DNA of 64,000 nt from Lama guanicoe (lineage: Eukaryota): contig MU056000.1 in assembly GCA_013239625.1 (NCBI GenBank), positions 10,925,175 through 10,989,174 of the forward strand, written 5' to 3'. Below the pieces are notes generated by a model. The model was not told the DNA's origin. It saw nothing but the letters and a program-made list of their open reading frames with translations, and did not search any database. Shown here piece by piece: positions 1-10,527 of this stretch. A program made the position numbers and the translations under genes. Each line of letters starts with the position of its first letter. Position 1 is the stretch's first letter.

Positions 1-53
1 TGCTTCCCTGGTGACCAATAGTCTTATATAGTCATACACAAGGGAGTACAAGA

Positions 54-100
54 TGTGTGTGTGTGTGTGTGTATGTGTGTGTATGAGAGAGAGAGAGAGA
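54..100. repeat. Compound (TG)n-(GA)n microsatellite
   Basis: tgtgtg...tatgtg followed by gagagagagagagaga, seen directly. Confidence 0.95.
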
Positions 101-639
101 AAGCACTTCTGAAGAGTTCTTGGGGATTTGAATCTACTTTGGGAGTCATTCTGATACAAATCTCCTCCCCACACCCCACACCCCACACCCACCCCTACTC
201 AAAGCAGCTCTAATACTAGACAAAAGTGCTCAAAACCAACCATTTTTCAGCACTCTAGGATCTGATCCAAAGCATGCAGCAACATAAGAAGGGTTTATTC
301 ATGGAGACTACTGACCCTTGGTTGAGAACTGCGTGAGTCTGTGGCCTCATCCCCAGGGGCTGTTGCTGATCCCCAGCTCTGTCCATGGTAGTTCATCCAG
401 GGCAGGCAGGGCAGCTGCAAAGCCCATCAGCCTAACTGTCCCTTCAGAAGGGAGTTTGCTTGACTTAGAGCATCATCAGTTACAAGGACAACTCAGTGGC
501 AAGTCAGCAGGGAGAGCCAGCAGCAAGAATATTTGGGGCAAGCAACATTGGGGCAGACCAGTCAGGGAGTTAGCAGGAATTTTCAGGATGTGAGGCAGCC
601 TTGGGAGTTTGCTAAGCTTTGCTGTATCCCCAGTGGACT

Positions 640-890
640 GGGGGCCGTGTGCATGCACAGCAGAGATGCAAGCAGCCACCCATCCTGGCAGATGAAGGCT
701 GGATACAGACGCAGAGGAGGTGGGAGAGCCAGTCATGGACCACCTTACCGAAGTGTCTTGTATACACTAAGAATTAAGACTAAATACAGCAGGTTGTTTG
801 CAGATTTGATAGCAAAATAAATGATTGTTGTTATTTTAAGCTTCTAAATCAAGGGGTGATATTTGCTGCAACAATAGGTAACTGGAATAG
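640..890 (+). mobile_element. MaLR LTR fragment (MLT1-type)
   Basis: Typical MLT1 3' end: aaataaatgattgttgttattttaagc...gcaacaataggtaactggaata. Confidence 0.6.
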
Positions 891-1182
891 GATGACTTCA
901 AGTTTCTAAATTGGAGTAACTAGCTCTCTTACTCACTTACATAACTGATGTTTTCTGGCAACTTGGCATCATGGTGGGAAGGACGATTGTGGGCATCTGA
1001 TGGAATATGTTTGGGATGTATAATCATTTTTGCAAAAGAAATGCGCTGTAGGGTATAAGGACAGAAGTCCCCTTGCTCAGATGTGTGAAACCTGAGTTCA
1101 GGGGCTTGGCATTTCATCCTTGAGGACTCTGAAGTGTTAATGCTGAGACAGACACAGAGGCCATTCATTTAAGCCATTGCAA

Positions 1183-1372
1183 CAGTGCTTCCTCTGATGC
1201 ACATTTGACTCACTGGGGGATTTCAAAAAGTATTAATGACTGTGTGCTGCTTCCATATCCCGAATACTCTGATGACATTGATTTTGGATGACACTTGGAT
1301 ATTACCATTTTTTTTAAAAGTTACCCAGGTGGTTATAAAGTGCATTGCATGTGTGCAAACCTCTACATTAGA
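1183..1372. mobile_element. hAT-Charlie MITE fragment (MER5-like)
   Basis: cagtgcttcctc...cacatttgactcactggggga...ttacccaggtggttataaagtgca resembles MER5. Confidence 0.5.
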
Positions 1373-1769
1373 CGGACAGCAGCAACCAAAACTCAACTCT
1401 TAAAGAGAGGATTCTAAAATGGAAGAAAAGAGGAAATAAGGATTAACCAATGAAGGTAAAATAAAAGTGGTTTGGACCCTTGGAAGAGTTAGGGAATCCA
1501 CCCCACAGGCAAGACAGCAGGGCCTAGCATGCATTTGCATAGTTCAAGTTGCCTCTTTCAAAGAGACTTCTGGTGGTCATTGGGATAACTCCCCATAATC
1601 CAGTTATCTTCTCCTGGACTCTTAAAGATTGAATTTCTGGCCTGTCATACTTAAGCAGGGTCATGAGACCCACATTGGCCAAGGAGATGTGTATTGGAGT
1701 ATGCACTAGCAGGTTCAAGGTTCTCCAAATATTTTTTCTCTCTGGCACAGAAGGAAGCAAGATTTGAAA

Positions 1770-1941
1770 TGTGGCTTTTCCGTCACCATGGATCACTGAG
1801 AAATTATGCGAAACAGAACACTACTGCCAATCCTTGATGGAAATATTGGATGAGGGAGAAATAAATCTATTTTTGCTTTGGGCCACTAAGATTTTGAATT
1901 GTTTGTTACTGCAGCATAACCCATCATTTCCTGACTAACAT
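1770..1941 (+). mobile_element. MaLR LTR 3' fragment (MLT1-type)
   Basis: gagaaataaatctatttttgctttgggccactaagattttg...gttactgcagcataacc...ctgactaaca. Confidence 0.6.
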
Positions 1942-3043
1942 GAAGTCTGAGCAAGATGAGCATCCATCTCTCTGCAAAGGGTTAGACCATCTACACTTCT
2001 GAAGCCAAATTTTGTCCAGGAATCCTTTAGGAGCAACAAGAGGACAGAGAATAGAATTTTCACCTCATGCTTTATGGATTAAAGCAATATGCTTTGACTT
2101 CAAGTCAGAGAACTAAATATTTTATTTAGAAACCAGTATTTGGAAAGCAGGCAGCTTTCCCTTAAGGGTGAATTGGATATGATGCCAAGTTCACACTCAT
2201 GGAATTAATTGACTGCTCTAGTTTCAACATAAGGTATCAAAGCTTCCATATTATTGACCCATGTAAAACAAACCTTACTGCATGGGCTGCAGTTTTCAAG
2301 AAAGCTTCTATTAAATGAACTACTCAATATAAGTTTACTGGGGTGGGGTGGCGGGGGGATGGAAAAACACACATGTACTTAGAATAGCCCTTTTTATGCT
2401 TCTTTCTTCTAATTTTATACCCAAAGGCTTTTAAAGAACTTTTTGGTATTCAGAAGTCAACATTAGTGTGGCAGAATTTACTTTTAATCACAGACTTCTT
2501 CTCCAAGCTGGAGCGCAGGAGAAACTAGTTCTTTTAAAAATAGTCTACACTCAGAAATCCCATGATGTGTGCATTTTGATCAATTTACTGAACTTTTGAT
2601 GGTCCTCTTTGCCACATAAGTCCTTAAGGTCACCTTCAGCCACAGCCTGCTTCCTGTAAGCCTTTTATTTCTTATGAACTTTATAGATTTTTCTTATGTC
2701 CATTTCCTGTGCAGCTCTTTCATGGGGTCTGCTCCTTTCGGAACTGTCTTTGGAGAAGATTCACATTCCTGAGAGCAGAATATTTGTGGTATTAACCTCT
2801 GTATTTCTCACCTAGGATTTCCTTTTCCCCTCTTTACATTAGGAAAAAAAAAAGATTAGGCCTATAGACAAGGCTGAGAGCAAGAAAGACCCATGATCTC
2901 TGACATTTAATGGTTGGGGCATGGTATTCAGACAAAATATTTGACCAAGAGCAGGAGGAAAGTGGAGCTTCCTTCTAAATTTGCAAAACTACAAAAGATG
3001 CCCCTGGTCGGAGGAAGGAAGAAAGGAGTGTTTTAAAATCTGG

Positions 3044-3490
3044 TGTATTAATAGAAGATTTGAGCTATAATAAAGCAAATAGATTAGGAGACAATGGCCA
3101 TTGAGAAGACACACCATACCATGGGGGACCACATAGGGTCAGTCAGGATGCAGACAGAGTGCGGAGAAGTGGGGTAAAAACATTTATTGTGGGTTTCCTG
3201 GAGAAAGCGGGTAAGGTAGGGCAAACAGGATTAGGATTGACTAGTTTAAATCATATTCTGGACTCTGGGCCATAGGAGCTGTCCCTAGCTGACTGGTACC
3301 TGGCCCTGGGGTGCTTAGGGCAGCTGTACTCCCCAGAGGGGAAGGTCAGCATCTCCACATCAGGACGTGGACATATTTGAAAAGACACCATCCCCAAGCA
3401 TGGCAGAGAGTTGGCAGAAAGTCCCAGCCCCTTGATCTGCTTACCTACACAGGCCAAATGATGGGCATTTCTGAGGACACTTATATAATT
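3044..3490 (-). mobile_element. ERVL-class solo LTR (MER54/MER74-like)
   Basis: ggattgactagtttaaat...gctgtccctagctgactggtacctggccctgggg matches recalled MER54/74-type LTR. Confidence 0.55.
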
Positions 3491-3583
3491 TAGTGATCAA
3501 ACCCGTGATCCCATTCTCCTACACCAAAGCATGTAAGGCCTCTAGGAACTTTGAGATGACCTGGGGTTTGGGGAGTGACTTAC

Positions 3584-3688
3584 CAGAGTGGTTACATATG
3601 GCTGCCAGGACACATTTGAGAGTTCTTATAGGATAACCAGCATAAGCCAGGACCATCCCAGGCAAACCAGAATTTACAGTTACCCAGC
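3584..3688. mobile_element. hAT-Blackjack MITE (MER94-like)
   Basis: agagtggttacatat...ggacacatttgagag...ccaggaccatcccaggcaaaccagaa...gttaccc with degenerate TIRs. Confidence 0.55.
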
Positions 3689-5164
3689 ATTAACCCTAAG
3701 GAAATTGGATTCGTTTCCTGCCATCCCTCTGAAGGGAGGTTCAAAATGAAACTACGCTGAGCCATGGAAAATAAAGTCTCTGAACTTGGACTCGACCTGC
3801 TATATACATTGCGTCTCTTGTAAGAGTTTTATAGCTGATCCCCAAGAAGAAATATTTGTTGGGGTGGATGGGAAAAGCTGTCCAGGAAATTTGAAACTGT
3901 ATCAATTGTTGCATGTAGTTCTCCCAGCCAGGTCTGCGCTTCTCCTCTGTAGCCAGTGTCTGTTCATCCATCATGCCTGAGTGTGGAGAGTCATCCAACT
4001 CCTTTATCATCCAGTCCCTGCAGGGGACTGGGGAATATGTGTTTCTAGCTTTACCTGAAGCTAGAATTAGGGCAGAACAGAGCCACTCGGGAGTCCCCAG
4101 GCCCTCCCAGATAGGACAGGCAGCATCACTGTGTGAAGACGACTTCTGTTCTCCCTGTCCGTCAATGCTGCTTAGCACCGGATTCATGCTCCAGGGCTCT
4201 CTAAATCCTTTTCCTTAAGGAGAGACATTTCAGCACCAAGTGCAAATAATGAGTTTATCACCAGGCAGATGATAACATAATATATTTTGCTTGCATGTGG
4301 GTATTTTGAAGACTTTTAAGGTGTCCGGTCTGTTAGAGCAAACAGATGGCAAATAAAACGTGGACCGTGTCTCCTCATCATCAGACGTGGTAATCACATT
4401 TTCCTCCGCAGATAATCTCACTTGTCATTCCCAGGACACCTCTTTGGGTAGGAAACAAATACTTCTAATTAGTAGTTGCTTGATGTAAGAAAGCATATTT
4501 TCATGGTTGTTTTTAATGCTTTAAGTTTATCTAAAAGAGACACCTACGTTTTGTACTTAAAATCTAAGATATGATACAAAAGAAATTAATTGGTTGACAA
4601 GTTAAGGGATTTTTTTTGAGCCTAGCTTTTATTCTCATTTCTTCCTAAAGCAGTGAGTGATGAGATCTCCAATAATGTTTTTGTAGATCTTTTTTCTCAA
4701 TCCTCATTTTTACCAGCAAAATATCCTCTATCTTCTATTGTTTCTTTTAATAAAGATGATGTATTGATAACATTCTTGGGAGATTGGTGAGTGTCTACTA
4801 CAGCTGAAATTAGTAGACTGGATTTTTCAATTATTACTATGCTTTTAGATATATTCCATTTTGCAGTTCCTCATGGACACAATTTTTGACTAGCACCAAA
4901 TCTACAGAATTTGCATAATGTAAGCCTGTGTCTTTAAAACTCTTAACAATCTTGAGGATTTTCAATATCTGTTGCAAAGATCCTAAGAAGGGAATAATGT
5001 CAAAAATTTTGTATGTATTTGTTGAATGGTGAGATTTACAGAAAGGTTGGGTGTATTTTTTTAAGATATCAATGGGATGTATAAAATCTGAATATTCACT
5101 ATGATGTCTCATGAAGTACTAAGACCATAAACCAAGTATAACATTATTTTCTGAGTCTGACAAT

Positions 5165-5460
5165 ATAATTGGTACCAGGAGTAGTTTCAGGAAACAGACC
5201 CTCAAAATGTGTTTCTGGGATTGGGTAACCATTAATACTGAGTGAGGGCTTGAATAACCCTGTTGCAGAGGCAAGGGGAGGGGGACCAGCACCCTGGTAA
5301 CCTATGGCGTGCAGTAACATCATGGTGATTCACATCCCCAGTGGTAACACGGGATGAAGTGCATGTGTAGGGCAGGACATCGGGAGAGCCAGTGTCTGTA
5401 ACATTTGGTCAGTAGGGCAACCCTAGGAATTACAAAGGCTGTGGCCTCATCTGGTATGAT
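5165..5460 (+). mobile_element. ERVL internal 5' fragment (PBS/leader region)
   Basis: Starts ttggtaccaggagtag, like the ERVL internal start tggtaccaggagtgg. Confidence 0.55.
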
Positions 5461-5659
5461 AGGAGGCATATGGTTCCATGCCTCTTCACTAACCTCTCCC
5501 TCTGTTTTGTGTCAGTTTCAGCCTATCAGTAGTGATGCTATTGGCTAAGAACGCCTGGGGTGCTCACCTGGGCCAGTCTACTTGTTGAGAGTCGAACACA
5601 CATTTCCAGGAAGAGAACCAGTGTTGCGTCTAGATTGGCCCTTGTGGTTTTTATTATGA

Positions 5660-6108
5660 TTGCAAGATGCACCAAAGCAACAACCACCAGGAAATTTTGA
5701 AAATAAATTATTACTCACAATCCTGGAGGATATATGGCACATCCAAAGGTCACACAGTGAAGCTGCAGGTAGAGAGAAAGAGAGTGCAGACTGGGGGCTC
5801 TGCTATGGGTGGGGAGCCCGTGGTTACATGGGTTCACTACTGGCAAATTTAAAACATAAAAGCAGCAATTAAGGTATGAGAAGGGAGAGAGTGGGTCACT
5901 CAAGTAGTCAGTTATCTAGATTACCCAAGGCTTTCTAAAAGGGGAACATCATGGGGCAACTTGTTTCTTATTGAATTGTTTTACTAGTAGCTCTGTCATA
6001 TAATGGGCAATATGTCTCTGAAACGGATGCTCTGGCAATCAAAAGCTTAATTATATTATATACTTGTATTATAATCAAAAAGTTTAATGTCAGGCACTTA
6101 TACTATAC
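5660..6108 (-). mobile_element. ERVL-class solo LTR (MER76-like)
   Basis: Right end gcaatcaaaagcttaat...aatgtcaggcacttatactatac is the reverse complement of the recalled MER76 start. Confidence 0.55.
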
Positions 6109-6109
6109 C

Positions 6110-6583
6110 CTCCCACTGGGTTAGACTGTATTTCCTATCCCCATGACTTTAGGCTTGGCCATGTGTCTTGCTTTGGCTAATGGAATGTAAGCAAATGAAT
6201 GTGATGTTAATAGAGGTATTAAATCAGTAGTTCATGATAATACATAAATAATATAATGATAAATGTTTTATTTTATTGTATATTTTTATAAATAAGTATA
6301 TATTATTAAATAAATGGATAAATAAACAAACTTACTTCTGCACCCACAAGATTGCTATTAGAAGAGATTTTCCTGCTAGTTACTGATCTACAGCCTGGTT
6401 TTCAGAATGAGACAAGTGGGACAGATATGAAACTGACCTGAGGCCAAATCCAGCTGAACACCAGTGCAAAGCAAAGCTACTTCAGTCAATCCTCAGGCCT
6501 TGAACCAAGAAAAGTAAACCCTGTGTAGCAAGCCATTAAGATTGGGCATAGGTTGTTACACAGCATTAGACAACTGACTATAA
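6110..6583 (+). mobile_element. MaLR LTR (old MLT1 subfamily)
   Basis: ggcttggccatgtgtcttgctttggctaatggaatg ... aagccattaagattggg...gttgttacacagcatta...actgactataaca. Confidence 0.7.
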
Positions 6584-7323
6584 CAACTGGCTTATACTAC
6601 ATATGAACAAATGTTCACTTAAGAACATGCATGGACAGCCAACAGGCTCCAATGCCAGCTTTTATGTTGTCTCTCATCTCCTACAGACACAGGGCAGGTA
6701 TGATGAAGATCAAGCTGTGGGCCTGATTGTAAGGGTTTCAGAGATGTAGGACCAATTAAATGTCTCAAATAGCTTCTTACTCTAAAGTTGAAACTCACGT
6801 GAAGACGGACTCCAAGAGGTAGAAATGATGATGCGTGCTGCCTGCCAGAAACTTCTTGCTGAGACCAGCACAGCCTGCGTGTCCTGTTCTGTCTCTCTTC
6901 TGTGTTCCAGAAACTGCCTCATTCATTAAACTTTCTCTACAGAACAATACGTTCTTTTCATCACATCCAGTCTCTCTCTCTCTCTCTCTCTCCTTGGCCA
7001 GGATTTTGGCTATACGAGACTGATAGGAGGTACTGAACCACAAATATCTGCAGTCAGTGAAATTCTCATTGCAAATCTGAAGCTTTTAAAGGTCCTGATT
7101 GTGAGCTCCTTAAGCGGAGGGGCTGCACCTCAATCCATCTCAGTTCCTGTGTCAGTACCCGCAACTCACAGGAGCTCAATCAGTGTTGAAGCTTTGTTCC
7201 AAAAGGGAAGAGCAGTTTGACACCTGCTGTCTTTTTCAAATATAGAGTTAAGAAAAGAGATACAGCATTTGTGTGGCATCAAAGTTTAAGATAAGTCCCT
7301 GCAAGGGTTAAATATTTGCTATG

Positions 7324-7327
7324 AAAA

Positions 7328-7378
<51 letters not shown>

Positions 7379-7380
7379 AT
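7324..7380. repeat. (AAAT)n microsatellite bracketed by a perfect 19-bp direct repeat
   Basis: taaatatttgctatgaaaa at 7309-7327 and 7376-7394 flanks a pure AAAT array. Confidence 0.95.
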
Positions 7381-7395
7381 ATTTGCTATGAAAAA

Positions 7396-7670
7396 GGTTA
7401 CCAGTGGGAAGAGGGGTGGAAAGGGACAGACTGGGAGTTCAAGATTTGTAGATACTGACAGGTATATACAGAATAGATAAACAAGTTTATACTGCATAGC
7501 ACAGGGAAATATATATGTAAGATCTTATAGTAGCTCACTGTGAAAAAGAATATGAAAATGAATATACGTATATTCATGTATGACTGAAAAATTGTGCTGT
7601 ACACCAGAAATTGACACAACACTTTGTAAATTGACTATAACTCAATAACTCAATACATAAATAAATAAAT
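7396..7670 (+). mobile_element. 5'-truncated young L1 3' UTR (camelid-type)
   Basis: gggaagaggggtggaaagggacagactgggagttcaagatttgtagatactgacagg...; aligns with copies at 18557 and ~57770; (AAAT) tail. Confidence 0.9.
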
Positions 7671-7879
7671 AATTCTATGAAAAACTCCAGACTTGACAGA
7701 CCCTGCACTATTGGGTGCCTCACTCCCCACCTCACCTGAAAGCCCTGATGTAGATGCTGGTGCTCTCCTGGGCTGCTGGTGCCTCAGGGTTTGGAGGCAG
7801 CTCTGCCCTCTCACTTCCCATCACTACTTCCAATTATATTTCCACTCTCCTTCTGACTTGCTGACTATTCAGTCTGTCC

Positions 7880-8330
7880 AGGGGAGTAGGAGACAGCCTG
7901 GAAAGCTAGGTGGAGTCAGACCATGAATGGCCTTGTGAGCCATCCTGTGGAATGAGAAATTTACTCTGCAGGGAGCTATTGAAAAATCTTGGATGGATGA
8001 CAGTTAGACTTATTGTGGTCATATCATTTCACAATACATATGAATATCGAATCATGTTGTACCCCTGAAACTAATACAATGTTCTATGCTAGTTGTGCCT
8101 TAAAAAAAATCTTATCAGAAGCTCTAAGAAAAGGAAAATTGTGACCAGTAGTATGACATGGTCAGATCTGCACTTTGGAAAGATAAATCTGGCAGTGTGT
8201 GAGGGTGGAGTTGGAGGGGGTTATCATAGCGTGGAGAGCAGTTAGAATGGTATTAAAACCATCAAGTGCAGCCTCTAATGTAGTCTTGAACGTGGAGAAG
8301 GACGATGGATTCAAAAGACATTTAGGTGAT
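7880..8330 (-). mobile_element. L2 fragment interrupted by an old L1 3' tail (~8005-8109, + strand)
   Basis: L2-like gacatggtcagatctgcactttggaaagat; insert tgttgtacccctgaaactaatacaatgttctatg...aaaaaaa is a typical L1M 3' end. Confidence 0.55.
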
Positions 8331-9441
8331 TCAACACCTACTGTTCATTTTGTTGCACCTTGAAGGCTCTTTCCGTGTTCGCTGACACCCCAGCCTCCCA
8401 TCCGTGGCACTCATGAGGGCCAAGGTTGGGGTAGGCATCTGAGTGGAAGACCACATGGTAAACCAGAATTCTCATTTTCCGTAACTACCATCTGCCCAAC
8501 CACCCATTCTCACACACCTTCTATTTGACATCCTCTTCCCTCATGGTGCGTTCTCTAATAACTTACAAGAGCAAAAGTCGCTGTTTACCCAACTTTCTGT
8601 TATTTAGCCCTTTTCTTTATGAACTATCCGTTGGCACTCAGGAAAAGGAAAGTGTGTTTGGGGTTAAAGTCACAAAATAACAAACACTAATAATTCCCCC
8701 TTAACTAATGAATAGTGAGACATGTATAAGAGATTTTCTCAAAAACTGCTTTTTCAATTTAAACATTAAATGCAATATACCGAGAAAATAATGGAAAACT
8801 AATAATTCACCTCGGTTACATTATCTCACATATGATCAACAGTGTGGAAATTGCTCTGGCTCATAAATAGCCTCCATATGGTGTCAGATTATTCATCCCG
8901 TCTCACAATCTGCAAATAATTTGCTCCAATGATGCCAACTTTTGAATGTATTAAATGTGAGAAGTTTACCCAAACACACAGAGCTTATGCACTTTTTTGA
9001 GGTAATGCTCATGGTTTGTTTAATATTGTAGAAACTCATGTACAGACTTATCCAAAATTACATTTTAGGTAAAAAAAAAAAGAAGGTTGTTCAACAGAAC
9101 TGATTATGGTCCTAATTCACGTTTATAGCTCCTTGACACCGTTGTAGCAGTTATGAGAGAAGCATGTATTTAAAAGCCAAGGTAAGGGATGACTTTTAGT
9201 CAGAGAGGGTCATCTTAATAGGTCCTACTGAAGATAATGAGTGCCTTGTGGGAAATTAGGAGAAAACCAGGCTTCTTTCTGGGTGAATAAAATCTCCATA
9301 TGGCTTCAAGAAGTGTGCGCGTATGTGTGTTTTTAAAGTAGCTTGCTCTTTCCCATGATCATAGGAAGAAGATCATGCTCTAAGAATTTCAGTTTACAAC
9401 AGCCATGCAGCTGTGATTTTCTTAAAAAAAATCAATAGCTT

Positions 9442-9562
9442 TGTGTGTGAGTGTATATATATATACACACACATATATGTGTATATATATATATATGTGT
9501 ATATATTTATATGTATATATATATATACACATATATATATATATTTCTCATATATATATATG
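9442..9562. repeat. Interrupted (TA)n/(TG)/(CA) microsatellite
   Basis: Seen directly. Confidence 0.95.
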
Positions 9563-9932
9563 AGAAAATATGTCAGGGACGAATACAATTGCATGAAACA
9601 ACCCAAAGAATAACAGAATAATAATAATAACAGAATAACAGAAGTTTGGTGGCGTCTCTACAATTTACTTTCAAGACTTATGAAAGCCTTCCATGTAAAA
9701 AAGCATCCTTTTTCTCTTCCCTGTCATACTCTGTGTGAAGGGGATGGACCACAGAAAGTCCCCATTCTTTCTCTGTGCTCTCTTCACTGTTTTATTGTCC
9801 AGGCACTCATTCCACATCACCTGCAAGGACCAGCCGTGACTCTATAATGATGGTATAGAAACCACGAGAGACACACATCCTTGTGGCAGAGCTGAGACTT
9901 GGATGAGGCAAATGGGGTACTAGCCTTGGGTG

Positions 9933-10362
9933 CTGCAGAGGATTGACAAATGGCTCCAAAAAGATATATTCCATGCCCCAATCCTGGAACCTGTGACTGT
10001 GATCTTATTTGCATAAAGATCTTTGCAAGTATAATTAGGAATCCCGAGATGAGCTTCCACCCTAACTCCAACAACAGATGTCCTTATTAGAGAACAGCTG
10101 AGGGCAATTTAACAGAGAGACACAGGGGAAAAGGCCAGAAAAAGAGGTTGGAGTTATGCAGCCACAAGCCAAGGAATGTCTAGAGCCACCAGAAACTGGA
10201 GGAGGCAAGAAGGATTCTCTCCTAAAGTTTCGGAGGAAGTGTGGCCCTGGTGACACCGTGATTTCAGACTTCTGGCCCCCAGGACAGTGAGAGACTAGGT
10301 TCCACTGTTTTAAGCTGCCCAGTGTGTGGTAATTCTTTACAACAGCCCCAGGAAACTAACAG
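9933..10362 (+). mobile_element. Near-complete MaLR solo LTR (MLT1C/D-like)
   Basis: atcctggaacctgtgactgtgatcttattt...agccacaagccaaggaatg...gaaactggaggaggcaagaaggattctc...acagccccaggaaactaaca. Confidence 0.85.
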
Positions 10363-10374
10363 CCACAAAAATGT

Positions 10375-10527
10375 AAGAGGGTGCCAGAAATCGAAATAAT
10401 CAATATAAACAATATTTTGTAATCAAAATAAGTAATATTTTGATGTAATATTTTAAAAAATCAAAATCAATACAGAAGAAGACAACTCATGATGAACAAG
10501 TATTAACAATTTAAAGATAATACTTGT
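10375..10527. mobile_element. hAT fragment (MER63-like)
   Basis: aatattttaaaaaatcaaaatcaa...catgatgaacaagtattaacaatttaaa resembles recalled MER63. Confidence 0.4.

Noticed and set aside
165..197. (CCCCACA)n tract, and G-runs at 2340-2362, as G-quadruplex elements
   Set aside because: Short low-complexity tracts common in mammalian DNA, with no supporting context.
9394..9613. Y/I-rich ORFs on both strands
   Set aside because: Translations of the (TA)n microsatellite.
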